DNA of 64,000 nt from Tubiluchus corallicola (GCA_030141605.1 JAQGDQ010000039.1:434001-498000), one strand, 5' to 3'. Positions 51,836 to 64,000 are shown, counted from the first letter of the stretch. Notes: generated by a model not told the origin, from the sequence alone. A program made the numbers and translations.

Positions 51836-53121
51836 AAGTATAATTATGTATTTACAAAAACTGCGTATTGGCGCAATAAAAATGATGTTAGTACCCCCAA
51901 ATATTTGGATAATGTGTTTAGGCGTACATGACGTGAAGCAATTTGGGCTTTTGGTTTGAGTTAGCTTCTATTGGGTGAATGCATTATGTACGAAAAGGCA
52001 ACCTGAAAGATATCAGAAGCAAATATAGGAAGGAGGAATATTGGGACAGATTCCTCTTGTAGCAATGTACACTCTAGTAAACATTTATAGCTTTGAGATA
52101 AATTTTGCAGTAGCTAAAGCTTAGTATGGTAGAAATGTTGCTCTGTAAATCATATTGTCATAATAACTGTAACAGATCTTCAGTATTTATTATTAAATTT
52201 GTTTTTGATAAATACGTAGCAAAAAGCAGTTATTTCTGATTATATGTGTTGATTTAATCATGCAAAATTAGAAGTGTGATATGTGGCTGCAGGTACCAAA
52301 AACTGGAGATTAGGATTTGAAATCACAAACATTCTGAAACAAGAAGGTGGAGTGAGGGAGACGGAAAGGGGAGGAAGGGAGAGTAGAAACAGAGAGAGAC
52401 AAATTGGAGAGAGGGAAGGCTGAAGGGCAGGGAAGAGAGATATTCTCTTGAAATAGCCTCAAACATACTGTAGAAACGGTTTCCATGACGATGGTAAATA
52501 GTGCGACATGTCCTGGCAGTTGGGCAGAAAAGACTAATAAGCGAGTAACCTAATGCTTAGCATTCTCGACTAATTTTGATGTGATGCACACATAACACTT
52601 TTTTATTACAAATGATTATGCTAACAAGTAAATTAAATATGACTGAAGAGTTAAATAGTTTGTACTTCACAACTTTGTAAGATTACATGTGCACACAGAT
52701 ACCTAAAGTCATTAGTCACTTTTCTTTCAACGTTTTCTCTATATTAAATCATAGTTGGACATTTCGTCTAAAAACAAACAACCTGTTTTAGAAACAAAAT
52801 TATATATTTATTAACATATAACAAGAATAAGTTACAAAAACGTCATGACAGAAGCTGAGGCAAAGAGCCATAACAGGAGCACCATGAAAAATCTGCATTC
52901 TGATCTCTAAAATGCTGAAACGCTTTACCAAAATCAAAAGAACACACATATGACCTATATACTATAATACTATATGAATGCACTGTTAGTACAAAAAGAC
53001 TACATGTTTAACTCAACCCAACTAAACTCAGCATTTTAATATGTAAAACAGAAAGCATATTTACATATCTGTGCATAGGACACACTTAGATTTTTTGCCT
53101 TTCATTGTTAAGAATCTCTGA

Positions 53122-56100
53122 TTACGTAGCTCCACCCATCTGCAATTAATGAAATTAAATGAATTATTATTTAGAACTTTAAGTTGAGGGCTATAACTCA
53201 TCAACTCTGGTTATCCAACTAAGCTTGAACTGACAAAATAGGAAGTGTCACACAGCTAACAGAATGACATATAGTCACACAGAAAGAGATATATTTTCCA
53301 GATTAGAACACTTAAAATTTAAAATTGCTTGTTTAGACTTGTGGCAGCAGACCCTAGCTGTATAAATAACTGAAGTAACCTGGTAGTAAAAACAAATAAG
53401 CCTTTTCACAGTTTCGCTATGTGCGCGTGCAGCTATTGTAGGTCAGAAGTTATATGAACCCAGTGCGTCTTACTTAACTACAACTGTCACGTGACCTTAC
53501 ATACGTAACTACGTGTAGATGAAATGGGGGAAGAAGGTGGTTATTACTATGCTACTTGTTTGAAATTCTATTATTCTTGTCTGAAAACAGCTAGCAAAAC
53601 AGCAGCAGCAATCCACCTAAAATGAAATAACTGGAGCGAAATTAATGCCACTATTAACTGTTACTATTACCTTAGCATGGGCTGCAAGGCATTGTCAAGT
53701 GTAAAAAAATGTGTTGCTTTGTTCACTTAACCTTTGACCTTTTCATGATTATCAATTGCATGAAAAGTGAAAAGGCTTCTTGTTTAAGATTGCTATCAAA
53801 ATCAGTTTATATTAAACTTTGAAGCCACTGCAATGGTATCCACTGCTTTTGGTAGTTGTGCCAAGTGCCGTAGGAAATATCGGCAGTTTTTAACTACAAA
53901 AACAATTGCAACTAAAGTACTCTGCTCTTTTGAGCAATCTGCTGAAAGTTGATGTTATATGTCTAAATTTCGTGCACCATAAAGCATATCTACAGCCCGT
54001 TACTAAATATAACAATCACGCGCATATGAATTTTCACAATTATCCCAATTAGGGCACTAAAGTTACATTTACCATACCAAACAGTATGTGAATTAAAATT
54101 AATAATATGTCAGTTATCACCAACCAACAATTGGTAAAACAAGTACTGTTTACTTTATTTGTCTGAATTACTATAAAAAATCAAAAGTTATTATCAAAAG
54201 ACTGATTTTAGTTGTCTTTAATACATGCACTTACGTTTATGGCATTTATTTCATCTTCTGTCAATGTCTTCCTCTGAAAAGGGTTAGACAGGTTTATGTG
54301 TGGCTGTGTTGGTTGAGACTCTGGACTTGCTTGAGACACTAGTGATGGTGATGGTGGTGGCATTCTTGAAGCTACAAATGAGCATACATGTATAATAAAT
54401 AAAGTATAAGTTGCCTCTACTAAGTGAGAAACTGAATATTCAGTACATTAAAAGTTCAATGGCGCGTAGTTCAGACTAGAGTTATCTCGCAACTTATTGC
54501 ACAACTTCCCTCTGAGAGTGTCAACTTATGCATGAACTTTCAGCAACTCACACTGAGTTGAGAGGGAAGTTGCCAAGCCAGTCACTTTACTCTCAGAGAA
54601 AAGATGCACAATAAGTTGAGAGAGAACTCTCTAGTCTGAATGCGGCATTAAACTATCCAGTTTTATGCTTTATATTAGTCGCACTAAATTATTTGTACTC
54701 AGATCTTAGTAAAAGAATACTGTTTTTTAATATACTTCAGCTTCCTCATTTAGTTTATTAGTACTCAGATTTATTCAGACATTAGGAATAAATTCTAGAT
54801 TTCAAAAAAACGTCATAAAGAAATATTAGAACTACTCGTAAATATTGTAACATCTATTTTTCATTTACAAACAACAGCAACATCAAATCTTGAGACTACA
54901 CAAGTATTTATATTCAGTTATAAAGTGCCTGAAGGTATCTGACCCAAGTTTGTGAGTGGTTAAGTACTTACATACAATCAAAAGTTTTTATCAGCAAGTA
55001 CATATTCCTCCATCTAAAAACGTACCCTGAGACACTGTACTTGTAGATGGAGATGAATCAGCTAATCTATTTCCTCCATATCGGAACTTAATTAAAGGTG
55101 TGTGGCCTCTCTTAGCCAGAGTCTGAAAAGGCATTATTTTTGTAAGTAAAAGAATTTATTGACAAAAGTTTCATTAATTACTGATTTACCAAGTAAGAAA
55201 TTAGAGTAAAAACCATTAGGTCTACTTTTCAAAATGTTGTTGCTTTTCCTGTGGTTGGGCCTGCAAGATATAGCTTTTATGCTGAATATTTTTATGTAGG
55301 CTGACATTACAATTTGTTCACCAAAATTGAAAATCGCCATTATAGCAAAAACAGTGTATGAAGTGCTGCCACTAGTAGCAAAGCCATGCGCGGGTAATTG
55401 CAGTTACCACCATCTATTGGACAAAAGGTGAAGCAAAAATCTATCTATTGCAACAAATGCAACAAATGATTCGCTAAACACTTGCTAAAATCATGTACTC
55501 ATTCTGACTTCAGTTATTGTGCATAAAATCAAGAAAACAATTTCTTCATAACAACGCACTGACATTGCGCACTGTGTGAGCGGCACCATTGAAAGGGTTA
55601 TGAAAAACTCCAAAAAGGAGTTTCTGACCTCTTTTTTGTAGCATGTTCTAATTAATATCATAATGATTGAAATTGAAGCACAAGAAGTTGAATGACCTGC
55701 TTATAGTAGACAGATAATCAATATGATTCATAAAAGGAAGCTCCTGCATTTTAAATCCATGTGAGTCTTAAAATGACTGGCCAGAAGATCTAGATAAAGG
55801 GTTTTCTGTTGACCTAATATTTTACGATTTGCAGAAGGTCTTCGATAAAGTTCCATATAGAAAGCTCATGTTAAAACTTGCCGCACATGGGATCTCTGGT
55901 AACCTCTGCCACTGGATAGAAGACTTTCTTAAAGACTGCTCACAATGCATTAGAATCAACTCAGAGAAATCTTTATGGAGGCCCATCAAGAGTGGAGTGC
56001 CACAGAGAAGTGTATTAGGGCCTATACTATTCCTTATGTTCATCAATGATCTACCAGCCAATTTTGAAATAGTGAAAATATTTGCAGATGATACAAATAT

Positions 56101-58018
56101 CTATAGGATACTGAAGTCAAATACTGGCTACCATGAAATCCAAAATGATGTTAACTTATTAGACGTGTGGCCACATACGTGGCGAATGTCTTTCAACATG
56201 GAAAACTGTAAGGTTCTACATCTAGGGAAGACAATGCAAGTCACGGCCATTATATGTGTAATGACACAAATCAATCAGTTACAATAATAGCAGTAATAAA
56301 ACAGAAAGACTTGGGTATTTTAATTTACCAGTTTGTCATGTTTGATGAACACACTGATGAAATATCTAAACGAGCTAAAAACGATTATGAATAATGAGGC
56401 ACTCCTTCATCTATATGGACACTGATATGAAGGCTATTTTATACATTCATAAGACCAATACTAGACTACGGTGATTTAATTTGGTCTCCACCCAAACTTC
56501 AAGCAATACATAAGGTAGAATCTATTCAATGGAAAGTCACCAAATTTGTACCATCAATGAAAGATCTACCATATGTAGAGAGAATGCAGAGATTGAATTT
56601 ACCATCCTTACATTTCGGAAAAAAAAGAGGTGACTTAAGCATGATGTATCGTATATACAACCTTACAAGTATCGATCTAGCAGAAAATATTCTTCAGGTA
56701 ATCCTTGTGGAGCAGGATATAAAATCACAAAGCCTAGATGTAGAAACAAGAACAGATTCATTTTCAAAGTGATAAATGATTAGAATTCCCTCACCACATC
56801 AGCAGCTCAATGCAAGAAGAAACTAGACATGTATGGGAAGACCATCCAATGAAGTTCCATGACCCATTCCAGCCATTTTTTAAAAATCCAACCCTTCTGC
56901 AACACCATTTCAATTTATCATAAACCGACACATCTGACCCTTTTACACACCACCACTGACCATGCTTCCTCACCATACCATAACAACTGCCGCTAGGTGA
57001 CACTTCCACTTGAGAGACCACTTTTGAGATGAGAAAAACATAAATGAAAAGTGCTAGAGAGAAAACGTGTGATAAAATGATTAACAGAGTATTAACAAGA
57101 AAGATAACTATGGGCAAAAAAACTACTTATAACCTTCGCCCTGTACGATCTATGGTAATTTATTCACTGCCGCTAAGTCTGATTTTTGCTACCGATACAA
57201 ACACTAGTAATTTATACAATTATAGTTATTACTACAAGTATAATATATAATTTAATCTCTTCTCCCCCACTTAAATTTGGGTACATATATGTGTATATAT
57301 ATATAATTGTATATACAAGTAAGTGGTGCATTAACAGATAATCAGATAATTCAAATTCGTAACTATTTAAAAATTTTCACTCTTTGAGGCTCACTCAAAG
57401 TCGTAATTATATATTATGTTTTCCTTTCTCAACTTTCAGGTTTATTGGTCTTATACTATTGCTACTATTACTTCATCCTTATTTACATTATCAAGTTATC
57501 TACAGAAGCATACATAATTATAATCATTTTTTCATTTAAGTAAGGTATGTTAATGACCATATGGGCGTACTGTCTTCTTCTATGTACACTCACCTCGCAC
57601 TACTCAAATTATTTTATTTTAAATTTATTAATGTGTTTGATATTTTATTTTTTGATCTGTGAAATAAAATTCATAGTTCATAAAAAAATCGCACTCTGCA
57701 AACAGTCGTGTCTGCAAAACAATCTGATATTGATAACACAGCTGGCATAATCAAGCTGTCAATGGCTAATGTGGGTAACTCAAATGACATGCTTTAGCTG
57801 GTGCTTGAGACCACTACGTGGAATGTTCGCTCCTGCTGACATCCTTGTGTATAACAGCTCTATACTATCTCGCCTTGCAAGCATATGTATCAATATCCTG
57901 GTTACCACTAGACAGCCTGTAACCTCATCAAGGGGAAAGCCCTTCAAAATCGCAAGTCATATCTATTGGCGCAACTTCGAACTACCTGCACTGCTTTACC
58001 CGTTGCGTTCATGGCCAT
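53122..58018 (-). CDS. KGD4: Alpha-ketoglutarate dehydrogenase component 4 (KGD4 / MRPS36), ~94 aa, 4 coding exons
   Basis: Exons 58018-57986 (MAMNATGKAVQ), 55122-55026 (TLAKRGHTPLIKFRYGG..), 54371-54235 (..NPFQRKTLTEDEINAIN), 53139-53122 (MGGAT*); all GT-AG and phase-compatible. Matches KGD4 hallmarks HTPLI(R/K)F and C-terminal RKxLxxxEIxxIxxGG. AATAAA (minus) at 52807-52812. Confidence 0.85.
53398..53778. mobile_element. PIF/Harbinger-like MITE, copy B
   Basis: AAGCCTTTTCAC ... GTGAAAAGGCTT; shares TAGCATGGGCTG..TTGTCAAGTGTA..GTTCACTTAACCTTTGACCTTT with copy A. Confidence 0.75.
54460..54648. mobile_element. Palindromic (fold-back) MITE
   Basis: TTCAGACTAGAG (54470-54481) / CTCTAGTCTGAA (54629-54640), CAACTTATTG / CAATAAGTTG, and inner CAACTTCCCTCT / AGAGGGAAGTTG. 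Confidence 0.7.
55690..56860 (+). mobile_element. 5'-truncated, decayed CR1-type LINE (reverse transcriptase) in KGD4 intron 1
   Basis: RT motifs VDLIFYDLQKVFDKVP, SGVPQRSVLGPILFLMFINDL, FADD, FNMENCKVLHLG, LPYVERMQRLNLPSL, RGDL; stops and frameshifts present. Confidence 0.9.
56940..57670 (+). mobile_element. Possible 3' remnant of a second LINE
   Basis: Decayed frame with REKTCDKM..TTYNLRP resembles an ORF2 C-terminus; followed by a T-rich tail ending AATAAA at ~57663. Confidence 0.35.
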
Positions 58019-58341
58019 AAGAAAATGCAGAAATTTTATAAAGACGGTTTTTAATGCTCGATCCTGGTTTGACGGTGTCCTCTTCAAGCAATAACGCCAA
58101 TCTTTTTTCGCATTGCTGCTACGGGAATGTTTTTTCAAATTTCATTTATTGGCAGACCACCATAGCTCCTAGCTCTATGGCTTGTTCTGCGTAGCTGCGC
58201 ATATCAAAAATTTCACTGTACTGAACTGTAAGCAGAAAGTTTCAAAACCCTGATGAATGAACCTTCAATTTGATATAAAGTTAACGAATTATCATTATCT
58301 AGAAGAATGAATACAACTAACACACAAATGCGCGAAATTAC

Positions 58342-58385
58342 CTGAACTAGAGAAAACTACTCACTACTAGTCACTAGATGACAAA
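58342..58385 (-). promoter_or_regulatory. Putative KGD4 non-coding first exon and core promoter
   Basis: Donor CAG|GTAATT at 58341 and acceptor CTTACAG at 58226 define a 116-nt intron; CACTAGATGAC at 58372-58382. Confidence 0.5.
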
Positions 58386-59645
58386 ATCAGACAAATATCC
58401 ATTTAGGTTAGACAATTTGTACTTAATTTTTATGAAAGCAATAATTAAATTTAATCGTTTAAGCTCTTCACGCACAATGAGCTTCTTTACATGAACACCA
58501 ACTGAAATGTTAACTTTTTGATGAGCACGTTTTCACATAAAGCGCAAAGAGAATGATTTGTTCAGAATATTTAACTATTTAAGTTAATTTGATAACAAAG
58601 TTCAAATAAAAATAATCCATTATAATGTTTAAACTCACTGTGCATCTCAAAAATCAAAGTTGTTTTGTTAAATATCTCACATAATACTGATCTATAAGTA
58701 CTCAAACAATTATTACAGCTAAAAAAACAACTTTATTTCAATTGGTTTACAAAGTTTGTATACAACAGACACCACTTATAATTATACCTAGTGAATATAA
58801 GACAGTAGTAAGGCACAATAAGTCATCAGCAAGACATACAAAGGTGCATTCCTTTCGAAAAAACTAAATTTGGGAGTTTTTGTACCTGAAGTCCTGAACC
58901 CAACTGAACAATTTTTAGAAATAAAGATGCTCATCTTGATTTTTTTCTTTTTTAGAATTGTCACATCATAATGCCTGCTGACATATACAGTACTACTAGT
59001 AAATGGTTTTCCAGTACATTAAGTGATTAGAATGAAGAAATAGTACATTAATTGTTACAGCATCATTGGAAAATTCCAATATTTATTTTGAAAAGTAACA
59101 TTAGTGGCTAAATACTGTTCTGTAAATTAATAATAACCATTGTCATGACAACTACACACACTCTATGTGATCAATTAAATACTGATTTGTAGAAATAATA
59201 TCACAGTTAACATAAAACTCTAATCTATGAATTTCTAGCTACTAATCAATCTGTTAAAACTATTTATTCCCTCATTGGTAATACTAACCATAATACACCA
59301 TTGCGGCTGCAAAAATATCTATGACGAATACAATAATATGATGGCAATATGCATACTGACATAGCAAAGTTTGTTAACATTATATTCAGGAGATACATGC
59401 AGTAACTGCCCTACGCAGCAAAAAATTCACGAAGTTGCAACATATGTAGGTATATATGTAGCCGTCAATGATGTCAATACTCCACAGCAAAAATGAAAAT
59501 TGCTCACGTCCCTGACATTCCTAAGATGGTCTTTCATGCTTAGTGGTGGGCATTCACGTACAACTGTTTTTCATAAAACCCTGCTCTTGTCTACCACATT
59601 CTTCAAAAAACTCCTATCAGATGAATTGAGCTTTTTCAAAAAAGC

Positions 59646-62600
59646 TCACGGAGGTGGTGATCTTGGATTTATTAAACTTCTAGCATGATCTTTCACTTCA
59701 TCTATTCTTTCTGCACTAAATACAGAACCACACAGAATACACATAAAATATGTTAATACTAGAGTGCGTGTGATGTTTCCAAGATTAACTTTTAGAAGTT
59801 AGAAATATGATTTACAAATTAATGGCCAAAATGCAAACCATCACTGCAGAGACAACACGCTTAGTGGTCTATTCAGATTTTTAAATAAAAAAGCCAAGAT
59901 TAAAAGATCAAATAATAACTTTTGCTACACGACGTAAAATAAACCGTCTCACTCCCAAATACTGTTGCAATTTTTCTGATCTTTTGCCTCCTAGACAATG
60001 CACAATCAAGTCGGTGACCAAGTAAATGATTAAAAATCACGGTAAGCCACAAATGCTGTTACAGCAGAAAAATTTCGAATTACTTCAAAATGATATAAAA
60101 GAAATTCAACAGCATTTGTGGCAATAACAAGCCTAAATAATAAATAACTTATGTACGAGAAACATAGTTACATTTTAGTTAATTACATATTTATATATTT
60201 ATTAATCGTTAAGAAATTGTTAGTTACCTTTTTTCCATAGCTTCTTGCCTGCAAACCAAAGTAATAAGAGATATTAGCCCAAAAAATGTAATGAAAAAGC
60301 AGAACACATTTTATAACTTTAAATTAAAGGGAAAACATCTTTTATTAGTTTATAGGCTGAAACATGGCTAACCTAGGTGAGGCCAGAGAAGCTGAATAAA
60401 AATTAGAGCTGCATGTTCACAGGACCTTTAAAAGAAAACTGGGTTACAACTGTTATACTGCAGTCTACATGCTAATTAACTAATACTATTTGAGTCATAT
60501 CCTTTTAGTGATACATACGTTTTGTCCACGTTATGTTGTCAGTAGGTGACAGGGTCACCGCTCTAATTCCTCACCGTGAACTAACTGAGATCCTCCTACT
60601 ATACTCACCATTCTCAAATATTCCTCCCTACCTTCATGGGGCAGAGATAAAAATTTTCTGTCTATGGTCAGTAGTTAGCAGCTTAGCACCTGTTAGTACT
60701 TCTACTATTTGCCACTGTTCAGGACATGACCTATAGATGACCTTGACATGGTCATCATCTTCTTGTCTCAATGTTAGCCTACACCAAGATCTCAAACTAC
60801 TACAGATGGTTCAGATATGATCTAGCTTAAACTCAAATTTTAGATGGAGGATGAAGCTACAGATGGTGGAAAGCCCGCAGCCCGACAAAGTTGGGGGCCT
60901 AAAAATGAAAACAAGTCAATCATACAGAAATGCAAATTCAAAACTTTGTTTAGGAGCCTGCTTTCAAATAATGATAAACATTGATGACTGATCGAAGATT
61001 TTGAAACTTCGAAAGATTTTGAAGTTTACGTATTTACAATTCTGCAACCTCGTAAATTAAATGGCCAAGTGCAGGTAAAGTGTAAATTTTCTATAAAATC
61101 TTACTAACTATTATAAATTTATACAACTTTAAGCATTAAATAATAAACTTACTGGAAATGCAGATGATTTGCCAAAAGCTGCATCTTTTTAAGACTCTGA
61201 AAAGTGTAAAAATATTGACAAAAACCTATTCAAGCTAAAATTGTTTCATGTTGCTAGCAGTTCTTGAAATGTCTCATAGAATCAATTGGCTTTCACATAA
61301 AATTAAAGAAAATTACCTATAAATAACCAAGTATTCTCTTCACTCTTTTACATCATAAAATTATGAATGGTTCACCCTTTTTGGGTGTAGTGTGGGCTTA
61401 GAATAGCTGAAAAAAGGAGAAAGGATTTGAGAAAAGGAGACACTGGTGAAAGGGGCACTGGTGCTAAATGCATGCAGTTTAAACACATTTGAAACAATTT
61501 CTTGCACATGTTGGGAGCCAGAGCGAACTACACATGCATCAACTATACTTTAAAAAGTGGGTGTGGCTGGGCCATGAGACAGGAGTCAAAAAGAAGGCAA
61601 AGTGTCAGCTGATTAATTCAAAAAACATTCTATCTAAATCAAACTTCTGGAATGGCACTAGTAAGAGCGACTTTAGGTTAAACGATCAAGGTCTCTCAGT
61701 GTCAATATAGTGAATTTTAAAAATTGGTATACTGAAATTCACAAAATTAGTACACCCAACTTGTGAAGGCATTTTATACAGTAGGGACAAAATTGTAGGA
61801 AGCTAACCTCGGTTAAACATTAAAATGATAGAAAATGAAAAGCAAAGTGAAATGTAGTCAGTATACCATTTAATGTGCCAAAGACACCTGTTCCTACAGT
61901 GCAATGCCTACAACAATCAGAACAAGTACCTGGGAACCAGAAGTATAACTTAGCTTGAGTTTTCTGCAAATATGGGACTTTACTATCTATTGTCTGTTAA
62001 AAAATTAAAAATGGGAAAATTATGTAAAAGCTTAACATTTAAATTTTCTGCTTGAAAATTAGTTTCCATACACAGCATAAGCTGGGGTATTTGGTAAAAA
62101 ATTCTTTTTATAGTATTTCCATCTCACAAAAATTAATGTATAACAGTAAGTACGCTTAGTTTACTTACAGTGTCAGAATTCTCTATAGCATGTTCTTGAA
62201 GAACAAAGTTCTTTGTCGTTAATGATAAAGTCTAAAAAATATATGCAAAATTATATTACAATCTTATATTTCACAAACATGTATCAATATATATGTGTAT
62301 ATAGAGAAAAAATAAAAATGGACAAAAGCTGTCAAAAGAAAATTAAATAGCAAGTGTCGAAAGCACATTGTTAAACAAAATAAACATATTCCCACAGACA
62401 GAAAAATCCACTAAAAAAATAACTCACTTCAGAAACATAATTAGTCTCAAATGATATTTCATCCTAATTTGTTAAAGGGTATACTCATTGATTCAGAGCA
62501 CACTCGATGTAGCCACAGATTCACCCAAGTGGAAGCTGAAGGTATACAATACATATGACGTCTGTTGATGGTTAAAAAAGGACATGAAATTTCCACCTCG

Positions 62601-62773
62601 GCTCACTGTCAGTATTTTACGCTTACCTCAGCAGCCTTTGTTCCTTTTAACAGTTGATTAGCAAGCACACCTGTGTCTTCAATGTTTCTCTGAATTTTTC
62701 CTGCTAATCTAATCTTAGCTTCTTTATTACGCTGATTTTGCTGCTCCTGAGCAGCCATCATCATCATTTGCAT
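59646..62773 (-). CDS. BORCS7: BLOC-1-related complex subunit 7, ~114 aa, 5 coding exons
   Basis: Exons 62773-62627, 62231-62169, 61196-61153, 60248-60228, 59715-59646 give ..LANQLLKGTKAAE TLSLTTKNFVLQEHAIENSDT SLKKMQLLANHLHFQ QEAMEKS AERIDEVKD.., matching BORCS7 as recalled (QVLKGSRSSE..NMVLQEDAI..SLRKM..HLQYQQEAIQK). An acceptor TTTCAG 2 nt before the ATG implies an upstream non-coding exon. Confidence 0.9.
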
Positions 62774-63112
62774 TTCTGAAAAATGAACAAAATAATTACA
62801 TGGAAAGCTGCATAGATGTTGAGCACAAATGCTTCGGCTTAGAAACAACTGTATCAAAACTATATATTAGACACAGCTTAAAATCTTGGGCCCAGTTTGC
62901 ATTTATCTGTCTGTTGACTAGAATGGATCAAAACTTTCAATAAATTTAACAGTTTTGCATCTTAAAAATAAATTAGAAAAAACACTAAGCTTCTACTTAA
63001 AAATTCACATAATTCTCATACATAAAACAAGAATTAGAATTCATATGGTGTATGGAGTATTTGCTCTCAGTAACTTATAGATCAGTGTGAAACATACTTA
63101 ATCCTCAGTGTA

Positions 63113-63517
63113 CAGTGTTCCCTCGCTACTTCACAGTTCGTGTATCGCGGGCTGGCTGCTTCGCTGGTTTTCAAAAATATTAATATAAAATATTTATCAC
63201 AGTATTTTCGCTGTTTTGCGGGTTTTTGCGGGTTTTTGCGGTACTCCATATCAAATTTTTAAAATTACATATTTAGGTTTAAGAGTTTAAAACATTTTTT
63301 TGAATATTTAGGTAAAGTTTTTTAAAAGGTACATGTACAATATGGGAAAAGTTATTGAGGGAATGGGAAAGGGCTATATATAAGAGTGTGGGGAGGGTTT
63401 ATAAAGACTTAAAATAATGTATAACTACTAAAATAAGTATAGCGTCCCTACTTCGCAGAAATTCACTTATCGCGGGAGACCTGGAACCGAACACCCACGA
63501 TAAGTGAGGGAACACTG
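63113..63517. mobile_element. Tc1/mariner (Tigger-like) MITE
   Basis: TA|CAGTGTTCCCTC ... GAGGGAACACTG|TA; CpG-rich internal TTTTGCGG repeats suggest a young copy. Confidence 0.9.
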
Positions 63518-64000
63518 TATATCCAGAGCTTTGAATATCCAGTGCAGTTAATAAATGTTCAATAATATCTTCTTTGCTCAAACTTACAAGACACAAGAAC
63601 TGGTACTTGAACTCATTTTTATAGTTTCCAAGAACTTTTATAATGTTTAATCATACTTTTAATAATATATGTTTCTTACTTCTTCTGGATTGCATGCAGT
63701 GTCTAGATCATCTACTTTTTTCTCAATGATCTACCTTTAATCTACATCTACTTTTACAGCATTCACACATACTATTATCTATTTTATCTAGTTTGGTAAA
63801 CAAAATTAAAATTTCACATTATAATGTCAAGATTCACATTATATCAATAATATCAGCAAAAGTAGACCACTGATTATGACAGCTTAGGTGGTCTCTTCTT
63901 TTAAATGAGAAATAACATTCTAGATTGCTAATATATGTACACTATTTTTTATTTTTACAAATGTCTGTAAAAAAATTACTAGGCAATTATTAATTAATTA

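Noticed and set aside
55134-55340. ORF MAIFNFGEQI.. as KGD4 first coding exon
   Set aside because: Phase-compatible but weak donor and no similarity; exon 58018-57986 fits the family N-terminus better.
34946-62776. Spliced-leader trans-splicing/operons, since acceptors sit just upstream of the SNX, UBE2Q, KGD4 and BORCS7 starts
   Set aside because: SNX and KGD4 have plausible cis donors (35109, 58341); ordinary 5'UTR introns explain the pattern. It cannot be fully excluded without 5'-end reads.
282-63596. Most 60-110 aa ORFs in the track (e.g. 2337-2579, 6411-6704, 29898-30224, 38845-39057, 57769-58020)
   Set aside because: Intronic or antisense to real exons, low-complexity F/L/I/C/K-rich composition expected from AT-rich DNA, and no recognisable domains.

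Overview
AT-rich, intron-rich invertebrate (metazoan) nuclear DNA; the ORF track mostly shows single exons or noise. Manual splicing gives five housekeeping genes: MIB2 (+, 5' end outside the window, 17 exons seen), SNX1/2 (-, 12 coding exons, one apparent GC-AG intron), UBE2Q (+, 12 coding exons, divergent from SNX), KGD4/MRPS36 (-, 4 coding exons, almost invisible in the ORF track) and BORCS7 (-, 5 coding exons including a 21-nt microexon). Introns and UTRs hold many small TEs: Tc1/mariner-pogo MITEs (TA TSD), hAT MITEs (8-bp TSD), Harbinger-like MITEs, tRNA-derived SINE heads, a CR1-type LINE fragment and tandem repeats. No CRISPR, rRNA, intact tRNA or clearly novel multi-gene system is supported. 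The most interesting unexplained signals are regulatory: an identical CTCF-like 11-mer beside the short non-coding first exons of SNX and KGD4, three back-to-back uORFs in the KGD4 leader, a candidate poison exon in BORCS7, and an orphan promoter/first-exon-like patch antisense to the SNX 3' end. All gene calls come from remembered motifs, not database searches; coordinates were counted by hand.
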